DNA of 64,000 bases from Chrysomallon squamiferum (taxonomy: Eukaryota > Animalia > Mollusca): assembly GCA_012295275.1 (NCBI GenBank), contig CM022672.1, positions 35,340,001 through 35,404,000 on the forward strand. Direction: 5' to 3'. Below, piece after piece: positions 14,356 through 26,151 of this stretch (position 1 is its first letter; the number at the start of each line of letters is the position of its first letter). The notes beneath the pieces are model-generated. The model was not told the origin of the DNA and did no database searches. It worked only from the letters and a program-made list of their open reading frames with translations. The translations under genes were made by a program, and so were the position numbers.

Positions 14356-15299
14356 AGCAATTAAGAAGAATGTATTCTCAATACGTCATGTTTAAACTGT
14401 CCCCATTGTGAGTCATATGCTGGGATACACTGATTAACTGATTCAAATTTTCTGTGGGGTTTATAGAAACATTTGCACATGCAAATATCTCATGACAGAA
14501 ATATTTCCAGAAATTTTTAATTTAAAAAAGAAAAAAATGGAAAAAGAAAGAAAAAAAACCAAAACTTTCTGCCTGTTAGAAAATTCATTTGCACCCATGG
14601 AAGATATAAAAATCCCTAAAAAGTAGACAATATGATTATCCCCATGAAAAATGTTGTGTTTTTTTTTTTTTTTTTAATTAACAAATACTAATATGAGAAT
14701 ATACTGCGATTATATTTTTGAAGTATTTATGATTATTCATTGCTTTAGTTTTGTTTGTTGGGTATGAAATTTGTTTTATTGTATTCAAAACCATGTTTAG
14801 ATATGTATATATTTTCTACTGCAAACTTTATTCAACAATATCAGAAAATACATTACACATAGTCACAGACACACATACACATTCGCTCTCTCTCTGTCTT
14901 TCTTTCTTTCTCTTTCTCACTCTCTCACACACTGGTAAATTATTTTATCGCTGAATCAAAGAATCTACAACTGCACAAAAATGCTAATAGATTTACTACT
15001 GGAAAAAATGTTGTCAAGAATTCACAATTTGTGTATGTTTTGAAGAAATTTGATATCAAGAAAAAATGAAAACAGAATTGTTTGAATTTTAATTGTTACT
15101 AGCCTTGACAATTTAATTTTTTAAATATATAATGTACAGCAAATCTCAAACTGGTTCTGCATGCATACAAATCCACATCTGCACAATCACACACACACAC
15201 ACACACACACATACACATACAAACACTCACACACACACACACTCACACACATATAATTATTTAAACAAATGATATAATATGAAAAGAAAACAATAAATT

Positions 15300-15835
15300 A
15301 TCAGTATAAAAATGTTTTTATTTATTACATGACAACATGATTATCATACAAGAAAACACAATATTTTGATTTAGAATTTTACTTTCTTTTTTCTTCCATA
15401 CAGCTTCTTTTCACGAACAGGCATCAATTACTGAGACGTTAATAAAATATTTAGTACACTGTCCAAGGTTTTGAGATTACAGTACCTGTAGATGAAGTAT
15501 ACCAGTATTTCATAAACAGGTGAAACAGTCAGCAGTCATTTTTTATATTAAAATTATAACTACTTGTTGGAAGATTTTGATTCTGAAGTTTTGTTTTCAT
15601 GATTAGTTTAAACATTTTTTTGTAAACTGTGAATATTGTCCGAAAAGTCGTGAAAGCTAGCAAACTCTGTTTTTCAAACTATAATGATGCAAATAAAAGA
15701 TTTTATTGTAAATGAAAATAAACATAAAAATAATGAATCATTATGAAACTAAATTATTTTTTTAACAAGAAAGGTACACTGTAAAAATCCATTTATGACA
15801 AACTGTTATCATTTCTAGATATTTAAGAAAAGACG
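15300..15835 (-). terminator. ANAPC4: Probable ANAPC4 3' UTR with polyadenylation signals
   Basis: Overlapping minus-strand AATAAA hexamers at 15326-15321 and 15322-15317, followed on the minus strand by a T/GT-rich tract ((TG)n, 15250-15188). A more proximal AATAAA lies at ~15707-15702. The cleavage site is inferred. Confidence 0.5.
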
Positions 15836-16078
15836 TCAGAGTTCATCTGAGCTGAAGAGAATTGGAGAATTTTCCGTGTTTTCATTCTCAGATTCCATTG
15901 GCTGCCCGTCACTCATGTCAGCCTCTGATTGGTTGTTATTCGCAGACGGTTGGTTCTGATTGGCTGGCTCGGTGATGTCTGCCTCTGAGGTCTCCTGTGA
16001 TTGGTTGTCCTCGTCTTCCTCCTCCTCCTCTTCCGCTTCCATGATGAAGATTCGAACTCGTCTTTTCGATGAAAACAG
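15836..16078 (-). CDS. ANAPC4: Anaphase-promoting complex subunit 4, terminal coding exon with acidic tail
   Basis: Acceptor attttacttcAG| at 16080-16079. Reads LFSSKRRVRIFIMEAEEEEEEDEDNQ...FSSDEL*, stop TGA at 15838-15836. Resembles the human APC4 end (LSSNLRHVRVFEMDIDDE followed by an acidic tail); the phase-0 junction V|L falls at the equivalent position. Confidence 0.9.
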   Translation of the reverse strand: MFSSKRRVRIFIMEAEEEEEEDEDNQSQETSEADITEPANQNQPSANNNQSEADMSDGQPMESENENTENSPILFSSDEL

Positions 16079-16509
16079 CTGAAGTAAAATCAACTTGTTT
16101 AAACAAATGAAATGTCACACACACAAACTTCTGTCTAAGGCTTGAGACAAGACAGATACTTTATTACATGTTATGACTTAATGAAGTTCAGCAAAACATT
16201 AATAAGATTTATAAATAGTAGATTAGGTAATGAGACAAACAGACATCCAGACAGAAAGAATGGTGCATGAGACAGTCAGACAGACAGACAGACAGACATG
16301 TGATGTTAACCACGGTGAAGGAAAATATATATCTGTATGTGGATGTGAATCTATGTACATATGTGTGTGTGTGTGTTTGTACATGTTTATGTGTGTGTTT
16401 ATATAGGTTTGTCTATATGTGTGTGTTCGTATTTATGTGTTTATAGTGTGTGTATGTGTGTATTTATGTGTTTATAAATGTGTGTGTGTGTGTGTATGTT
16501 TATAGATGT

Positions 16510-16543
<34 letters not shown>

Positions 16544-16589
16544 TGTATTTAATAAATGTGTGTGTGTATGTGTGTGTATGTATGTATGT

Positions 16590-16613
16590 ATGTATAGGAG
16601 CTGGGGTGTACAG

Positions 16614-16649
<36 letters not shown>

Positions 16650-16671
16650 ATATAGGAGTTGGGGTGTACAG

Positions 16672-16705
<34 letters not shown>

Positions 16706-16977
16706 TTTTTATGTGTTTATAAATGTGTGTGTGTATGTGTGTGTGTATGTATGTATGTATGTATGTATATGGAGCTGGGGTGTACAGGTGTGTGTGTGTG
16801 TGTATGTATGTATGTATATATAGGAGTTGGGGTGTACAGGTGTGTGTGTGTGTGTGTGTGTGTATGTATATATAGGAGGGGGTGTACAGGTGTGTGTGTG
16901 TGTGTGTATGTATTTGTGTTTATAAATGTGTGTGTGTGTGTATGTATGTATATGTATGTATAGGAGCTGGGGTGTAC

Positions 16978-17026
<49 letters not shown>

Positions 17027-17095
17027 GGAGTTGGAGTGGTGTGTGTGTATGTGTGTGTGTGTGTGTATATATATATATAGAGTTGGAGTGTGTAC

Positions 17096-17134
<39 letters not shown>

Positions 17135-17152
17135 GGGAGTTGGAGTGTACAG

Positions 17153-17187
<35 letters not shown>

Positions 17188-17190
17188 GGT

Positions 17191-17238
<48 letters not shown>

Positions 17239-17257
17239 GGAGTTGGAGTGTGTACAG

Positions 17258-17293
<36 letters not shown>

Positions 17294-17312
17294 TAAGAGT
17301 TGGAGTGTGTAC

Positions 17313-17362
<50 letters not shown>

Positions 17363-17370
17363 GGGTGTAC

Positions 17371-17413
<43 letters not shown>

Positions 17414-17447
17414 GGAGTTGGCATGTGTACAGGTGTGTGTGTGTATG

Positions 17448-17494
<47 letters not shown>

Positions 17495-17572
17495 GTTGGT
17501 GTGTGTGTGTGTGTGTGTGGTGTGTGTGTGTATATGTATGTGTGTGTGTATATATATATATATATAGGAGTT

Positions 17573-17624
<52 letters not shown>

Positions 17625-17655
17625 GGAGTTGGAGTGTGTACAGGTGTGTGTGTGT
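16590..17655. repeat. Compound minisatellite: conserved core TATAGGAGTTGG(A/G)GTGTACAGG separated by variable (TG)n/(TA)n, about 16 copies
   Basis: Core recurs from ~16595 to ~17645 in the last ANAPC4 intron. Confidence 0.9.
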
Positions 17656-18132
17656 TTTTTGTGTCTATGTTGTCTGTGTGTATATGAACATGTGGTTTAT
17701 TTTCTTGCTTATGACAAGATACCAAAAATATTTATCTTAGTTAACACTGAAAGATTTCTTTGTTGTTTACAATTATATATATATATTTTTTTTTTATCAA
17801 CTAATATTTATATAAAAATCTGAAATTATAAAATGTATCTCAAGAATTTTAAACTTCAGGTGAATAAAGACCACACAAAATACCAAACAATACATTTTAT
17901 AGACTTGTCAAATTATTTCTGTATTATTAGCAAAAAGTGTTCTGATATAATAATTTAAAAAAAGCAAAAGTAACAAACAAACAACATTAACATAAATACA
18001 ATTTGTATAATAATAAAAATGTGTGAGAGAGAGAGATACAAATGTATAGAAAAGATTTGTTTTAGTATAACTGATCTAATGAAACTTTCTGACAGGGTGA
18101 CTGTGTTCCAGTCTGTGTGTAAAGTCACCTAC

Positions 18133-18241
18133 CACTGTGGCTGTTTTTCTTGTTCCACTCACAGCAAACGAATGAGCTTTCATGTTTTCCAGAACCAGGA
18201 AGTTAGGGCTGTGCAGACACGGGCCAGCATCAAACTGATTT
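18133..18241 (-). CDS. ANAPC4: Anaphase-promoting complex subunit 4, penultimate coding exon (109 nt, phase 2/0); absent from the ORF track
   Basis: Acceptor ttgttttgtctAG| at 18243-18242, donor |GTAGGT at 18132-18127. Translates NQFDAGPCLHSPNFLVLENMKAHSFAVSGTRKTATV, matching the conserved APC4 motif recalled from human (LLESMKAQYVAGNGFRKVSCV). Confidence 0.9.
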
Positions 18242-19364
18242 CTAGACAAAACAAAAACAACACATAAAACAAAACTAGAAAGTTCCAGTGTTAATTTAAA
18301 ACTTGAAATATTTCTGATAAAGGAAGTGTGTGTGTTTTATATTTATGTATATAATACTATATATGTATGTATCTGTGTGTGTGTCTATATGTGTATGCAA
18401 TTTATATATGTATATAATGTATTCACTTGATCATTTACTCTTTCCAAATTACCAGAAACAAAAAGAAATGTAAAATTAAAACAGCTAGAGTAGTTCAGAT
18501 CAACAGCAAGGAGTTAAAAGCAGTTTGGAAGACTGAAAAGAACAAACCCATCTACACACAGCTGACAAACCTCTGAGGTTTAAAACAGTTTAAAACATTT
18601 CTCTACAGAGTAAGAAACGTATTTATAACCACATTTCTGAAATATCCCCATTCACTTTAGATCTGAAACCAGCTGAATTCTGAAAACTAATAAATCACAG
18701 TCAGTTATCTCCAGTTTTTACTTTCCAACACAAATCAGTGGCACACTTTTCATGTCTTTTCTTCTCTTTCAAATTAAAACTCAATTTCTTTTTTTTTTTA
18801 ACCCATCTGTCTGTGTCAGCATCTAGTCCTATTGACATCAGCTTCTTCTTCTTCTTCTTCTTCTTCTTCGTCTTCTGACAGACACAAAAGCTGACGCAGG
18901 GTGTCACAGTGTCAACAGGGATGGGGGGTGATTAGCACCAATGATGGCACACGGGTCACATGACATCTGCGAAGTGTAATTGTGTCCACTCTAACTGAAG
19001 GACATCCTGTGTGACCTTGCTGGACCCTGCTTTCTCATGACGACCGCGAGGTCAAATTGCGTGGTCAAATTAGCCCCATCACTCATGACTCCACCCATTT
19101 CCCATCACGCGGAGACAAAAACAGGACCAACAAGCCAAGCATCAAGGAGATAACCGCATCAATGAGATTCCCTCAAATCCGTCACTCCACTGACCTCCCA
19201 TTTCACCCAGTCTGACCCTTAAAACAATAGGATGGCCGCACACTGGACACTGGCTGCTGGACACATTGTCCGAGGGTGGCAGGCAGAGAAAGGGAAGATC
19301 TCGGTTATGAAAGGAGTTGGCTCAATAAAACTGTGAGGTAAAGACTGAGGAGAACTGAGATTGT

Positions 19365-19595
19365 GATACAGGTGTCTTTCTGCTTTCTAATCTGTGTGTG
19401 CAGCACTGAAACACTCAGTTGACAATTAATATTCCTATCACACAGTAGTAGCAGTAGTAGCAGTAGTAGTAGTAGTAGTAGTGAAATCACAGTCTGATAC
19501 AGGTGTCTGTCTGCTTTCTAATCTGTGTGTGCAGCACTGATACACTCAGTTGACAATTAATATTCCTATCACACAGTAGTAGTGTTAGTAGTAGC

Positions 19596-19629
<34 letters not shown>

Positions 19630-19729
19630 AAATCACAGTCTGATACAGGTGTCTGTCTGCTTTCTAATCTGTGTGTGCAGCACTGATACACTCAGTTGAC
19701 AATTAATATTCCTATCACACAGTAGTAGC

Positions 19730-19767
<38 letters not shown>

Positions 19768-19859
19768 TAGTAGTAGTAGTAGTGAAATCACTGATATATG
19801 TGTCTCCCTTATTGTGTACTCAGTTACACAACACAGCAAAATTAATATTCCTATCTGAC

Positions 19860-19860
<1 letters not shown>
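19365..19860. repeat. Tandem repeat, ~130-150 bp unit x3 plus a diverged partial copy, each ending in (TAG)n
   Basis: gatacaggtgtct...gcagcactga...cactcagttgacaattaatattcctatcacacagtag at ~19365, ~19495, ~19641. Confidence 0.9.
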
Positions 19861-19901
<41 letters not shown>

Positions 19902-20242
19902 TACAATTGTTTTGCTGCTGCTGCTGTTGTTGTTGTCATGCTGTCGATGATGGTGGTGTTTTCTTTTTATTGTTATCATCATCATCATTACTACTAGTAT
20001 CATTGTCTCAATCATCAACATTATTATTATTGATATTTCCACAGATCAGAACTGCCTCACACAAAACAGTCTGAACAAAATTTGAAAGGTAAAAACAGCA
20101 GCACACATCTTTTTAGTTTTTTTTTAGAAATTTATGATCTTTGATTATAAACATTAAATCTAAATAATGTTCACCTAACCAACCACTGCTTAAATGAGTA
20201 AATATTTCAGAATTAACTGAATAAATTTATTTAGATGTGATA

Positions 20243-20349
20243 AACTGTGTCATCTATCTAACTGTGTCATCTATCTAACTGTGTCATCTATCTAACTGTG
20301 TCATCTATCTAACTGTGTCATCTATCTAACTGTGTCATCTATCTAACTG
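20243..20349. repeat. Minisatellite, 17-bp unit x6
   Basis: aactgtgtcatctatct, perfect copies. Confidence 0.95.
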
Positions 20350-20422
20350 GGTTAAGTAAAGAGAGAAAATCGAAGATGACAGTGAAAACTTGAAATCACT
20401 CTCCTATCACCCAGTCTAGCAA

Positions 20423-20555
20423 ACTGACTACTCTCCACTGACTACTCTCCACTGACTACTCTCCACTGACTACTCTCCACAGACAAACTGACTACTCTCC
20501 ACAGACAAACTGACTACTCTCCACAGACAAACTGACTACTCTCCACAAACAAACT
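20423..20555. repeat. Minisatellite with actgactactctcc core, short and long unit variants
   Basis: Direct reading. Confidence 0.9.
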
Positions 20556-21199
20556 AGTTACTTCAACTACTGATCTGTATCAATACTCTCTGCAGATGTT
20601 TAAAATAATTATCTCTAAAATATCACTTTAAATCACTTTAACAGCACTTCTTAATAAACTTGTATTATGATCTAAAGTAAATTTAATGTAAAGTAGTCAG
20701 AAAAACAGTTGAATATACTGTGTGTTTGTGGATCTGCATATAATCGAAAACTAATGTCTGTAACAATAATCTACTAACAAATAATCTAGTAAAACAGAAA
20801 TAAAATAAAACAATCTGGATATAATTATTGATTCAAAGCTTAGAAAGAGATACTCTCCATTTTGTGTGGATAATTTCCACAAATTCATGAATTACTCTGA
20901 AAAGAATACAGACTGTGACAGATAGATGGATTCACTCACACAAATACACACAAATTCACACAAATTCACACAAATACACACAAATACACACAAATTCACA
21001 CAAATACACACAAATTCACACAAATTCACACAAATTCACACACATAAACATACTACTCTTCCCAGCCATAAAGTCTTCCCTCATAAATATATAAAAGAAT
21101 CAATGAATAAATCAGTCAATAACTAAATTAATGAATAAAGTGATGAATTTACAAAAGAAGAAAAAATAGCAACCTCTGATGAGGGAGCCACTCGAGGGA

Positions 21200-21201
21200 G
21201 G

Positions 21202-21285
<84 letters not shown>

Positions 21286-21360
21286 CTCTGCAGATGTTTA
21301 AAGAGATAGAGATAGAGAGAAAGATAGATACAGAGAGAGAGAGAGACAGAGATACAGAGA

Positions 21361-21400
<40 letters not shown>

Positions 21401-21426
21401 AAGAGAATTTAGAGAGAGAGAGAGAG

Positions 21427-21469
<43 letters not shown>

Positions 21470-21476
21470 TCAGAGA

Positions 21477-21512
<36 letters not shown>

Positions 21513-21633
21513 AGAGATAGAGACTAGAGAGAGAGAGAGAGACAGTAAAAGAGAGAGAGAGAAAGAAACACAGAGACAGAGATAGAGATAGAGATTGAGA
21601 GAGAGAGAGATATTCAGAGAGAGAGAGAGAGAC

Positions 21634-21684
<51 letters not shown>

Positions 21685-21970
21685 CAGAGAAAGAGACAGA
21701 GATAGAGAGAGAGAGAGAGAGATACAGAGAGAGAGAGAGAGATACAGAGAAGATAGAGAGAGAGAGAGACACAAGAGAGAGAGAGACAGACAAGAGAGAG
21801 ACAGAGATACAGAGAGAGAGACAGAGATAGAGATAGAGATAGAGATAGAGATAGACAGAGATAGAGATAGAGATAGAGAGAGAGAGAGAGAGAGAGACAG
21901 AGATACAGAGAGAGAGAGACAGAGATACAGAGAGAGAGACAGAGATACAGAGAGAGAGAGACAGAGATAC

Positions 21971-22065
<95 letters not shown>

Positions 22066-22095
22066 GAGAGACAGATACAGAGAGACAGAGATACA

Positions 22096-22187
<92 letters not shown>

Positions 22188-22200
22188 GAGACAGAGAGAA
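21200..22200. repeat. ~1 kb (AG)n/(AGAGAC)n/(AGAGAT)n compound microsatellite
   Basis: Direct reading. Confidence 0.95.
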
Positions 22201-22293
22201 AGATAATAAAGGTTTCAGTTAAATTTCTTGTTTCTACCTACCCCTGATGGAGTTAATCAACACACTGATGTTGTTGTTGTAGTTGCTACTTAC

Positions 22294-22473
22294 ATGTTTG
22301 CCACTGATGCGATGTTTTCTGTGGTGTTGAGGTAGGTGAAGGTCACTGTGTCAAACACAGATACTGGAAAATGCACGAGCACGGGGTTGCCATCTTCTTT
22401 GTCCTGCTGCAGCAACACGCACAACGTCTCCTCGTTGAACACCGCGATGTCAATGATCTGGTGGTGATGACAT
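22294..22473 (-). CDS. ANAPC4: Anaphase-promoting complex subunit 4, third-last coding exon (180 nt, phase 2/2)
   Basis: Minus-strand acceptor ttatttcacAG| at 22475-22474, donor |GTAAGT at 22293-22288. Translates CHHHQIIDIAVFNEETLCVLLQQDKEDGNPVLVHFPVSVFDTVTFTYLNTTENIASVAN(I), resembling the APC4 C-terminal segment I recall from human (CLDAQFYDDETVTVVLKD...LLVQLPLS). Splices in frame to the next exon (AT+A = Ile). Confidence 0.85.
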
Positions 22474-22475
22474 CT

Positions 22476-22820
22476 GTGAAATAACACGAAGTAGAGAATA
22501 ACAAGCAGAGAAATAACACGAAGTAGAGAATAACAAGCAGAGAAATAACATGAAATAGAGAACAAGAAGAGAAATAACATGAAATAGAGAATAACAAGCA
22601 GAGAAATAACATGAAATAGAGAATAACAAGAGAAATAACACGAAGTAGAGAATAACAAGAGAAATAACATGAAACAGAGAATAACAAGAGAAATAACACG
22701 AAGTAGAGAATAACAAGAAGAGAAATAACACGAAGTAGAGAATAACAAGAAGAGAAATAACACGAAATAGAGAATAACAAGAAGAGAAATAACACGAAGT
22801 AGAGAATAACAAGCAGAAAA
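22476..22820. repeat. Minisatellite, 29-32 bp unit, ~11 copies, abutting the ANAPC4 splice acceptor
   Basis: gaaataaca(c/t)gaa(g/a)tagagaataacaag(ca/aa)ga repeated up to the exon boundary. Confidence 0.9.
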
Positions 22821-23217
22821 CACATCTACAGTGTTGTAAAAATAAACTTTACATCAGTTAAATGTTTAATTCATCTGTTACCTCATTTTAAACCACCTTT
22901 TTAAAAAAGTTAGTACTTCCATGTGTCAGTGTGTGTGTGTGTGCATACATACATTTATTTTCAGTCAATAACTATGAAACAACAGGTAACAAAGGAAGTA
23001 GTAAAAGTTTTAAAGGCTGCGTGTCAGGTTCAGAGTCATGAGAAATGAATTTTGTATTCACAGTAAAATTAACTGTGATCTGAATAAACTTTTATCAGTT
23101 AAAGAAAAAAAAAAAAAGTATTATGATAATATACAAAAGTTCATTAGGTTTTGCTGAGACAAATTAATTATAAAATTGTTTTCATAACATAACAAATATT
23201 TACTTTTTTTTTTAAAT

Positions 23218-23286
<69 letters not shown>

Positions 23287-23639
23287 ATACTAACAGGAGC
23301 AAAGGTACTGCCAGTAAAAAAAAGAAGATATACAACAGATAGACAAATCAAAGTAAAATAGAAGTGTAACAGGTGTCGGATCACTGGTGAATAGTAATCT
23401 AGAAATGTTTCTAAATGACTCTGTCTGTGTAAAGAAAGTGACAGTTGGTAAAGCAACATCAAGCAGACTGGACAAAGACGAAGGAGGGATCAGTTCTGTG
23501 GGGCTAAATTAAGTTAGCTGCCTCCTCAGGGTTTAGTTCACAACTGAGTTCACACTGCAGTGAACAGACTGGAACAACAAACACAGCTTAATTTACTCTC
23601 ACTTTAAACACTGTCACCCTTCTAATTATACTCTGTCAC

Positions 23640-24000
<361 letters not shown>

Positions 24001-24448
24001 ATCTTTCTTAAATCGTAGACAGACAGACAGACACACAGACAGATACATACACATACATATACAATGATTTTTTAAAATCTTTAAAAAAAAATACAAGCCA
24101 AATAATTACTAAAATAACAATTTATAATTTGTTTTTTCTTATATATGTTTTTTATTTTATTTTATTTTATTTTATTTTATTTTATTTTTTTTATTTTTTA
24201 TTTTTGGTTTTGTTGTTTCTGTTGTTTTTGAATCTCTAGCTATCTATAACCACAAACCAGCCATTTGCACACACAAAACAGCAACAACAATTGAATCTTG
24301 AGCTGTGGCTGGGACAGGAAAAACAGACAATGTCCAAACAGAGCTACATTAAAGTTGAGAAGTGACAGATTACACATGTAATTCACAGTCTCCCCCCAGC
24401 AGTCTTCACTGCCAACAGCTGCATCATTATCATCATTATTACTATTAC

Positions 24449-24494
<46 letters not shown>

Positions 24495-25231
24495 TATTAT
24501 TTATTATTATTATTTATTTATTTATTATTATTATTATTATTTTCATTTTTGAAATCTAAATTTAATAAAAACAACATGAAAGTCACTGGGTGAACCACTC
24601 ACAGGAGTTGAGTGTTCATGTTACATAGAAGTCACATGACTGATGACATCACACACAGAGTATGGATGTAAGTTGTTACCTGAGTGACCTAATACAGGTG
24701 TTACTTATCTCTTTCAATCAGCTGACACAGGTAAATTTGAATACAGGTGTGTTTGTCAAACTGTGTAATTATGAGGTAAAAAAAAACAACATATTTGTCA
24801 ACTTGGTTTCGATGATGATGCACATGCAGATAATAGACAGATAGACACACAGATAGACAGACAGACAGACAGAAAGACAGACATGTATATAGATAGATAG
24901 ACAAAGACTAATATCGTTTTTAAGTGTTATGAAGTAATATCTTTCTATCTTTCTTACATTTTTAAATAATTTTATCTAAAGTTTAACCACACCTGACAGG
25001 TGAACAAATATGATGCAGAATAAAACACACCTGTCTTTTTTCTTTTTACATCACATGCAGAACTGCACTACGTAGTGTAACAGCAGATATCAAACAAAGA
25101 AACTGTTCTTTACACAGGTTCTGTGATAAACTGGCTAGATTAAGCAATAAAGAAAATAATAAATATACAGAGGAAAAACGAGAGAACAAAGAATAATTTA
25201 AAAAAAAGAAAAGAAAATGAGACTAAATTAC

Positions 25232-25622
25232 CACTGCTGCTGTTACAACTGCTACTACTACTATTGCTGCTGTTACAACTGCTACTACTACTATTGCTGC
25301 TGTTACAACTGCTACTACTACTACTGCTGCTGTTACAACTGCTACTACTACTACTGCTGCTGTTACAACTGCTACTACTACTACTGCTGCTGTTACAACT
25401 GCTACTACTATTACTATTGCTGCTGTTACAACTGCTACTACTATTACTATTGCTGCTGTTACAACTGCTACTACTACTACTACTGCTGTTACAACTGCTA
25501 CTACTATTACTATTGCTGCTGTTACAACTGCTACTACTATTACTATTGCTGCTGTTACAACTGCTACTACTATTACTATTGCTGCTGTTACAACTGCTAC
25601 TACTATTACTATTGCTGCTGCT
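25232..25622. repeat. Minisatellite, 30-33 bp unit (tgctgctgttacaactgctactacta...), ~12 copies
   Basis: Direct reading; explains the CCCYNCYYYY pseudo-ORF. Confidence 0.95.
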
Positions 25623-26119
25623 AGTACCACCATAACTATGCTGTTATTATTACTACTTCTGCTATCACCATTACCACTGCTACCACACCTACATAACAAC
25701 AACAACAACAACAATAATGAAATTGCTTCTATGCATATGAAACAAAAACAAAAAACTTATTTCAATAATATTTGTCTCTGTTAACTGTTTCTGTTATTCA
25801 GTTTTCTAGTCACAATCTCAACTGATTAAATTAGAATAAAAATTAAAAATAATAAATGTTTAACAATAGATTTGTTTTCAAGTTATCTATAAAATTATCA
25901 TAACTTTCTTTAAAAATGTCTTTACTTGATCATTTTTGTTTTAATACTTTTTGTATTTTATTATTATTTAAATGCAATATTAACTCAGTTTTATTATTAT
26001 CATTATCTCAAGGCAATATTAAAATCTGTTATATTTCTGTATTCAATATTTTCTTTTAAGACAAGTTTAAAATTTAAAGGGATATTTTATTGAACAAAAC
26101 ACATTTTGTATTTTATATT

Positions 26120-26151
<32 letters not shown>

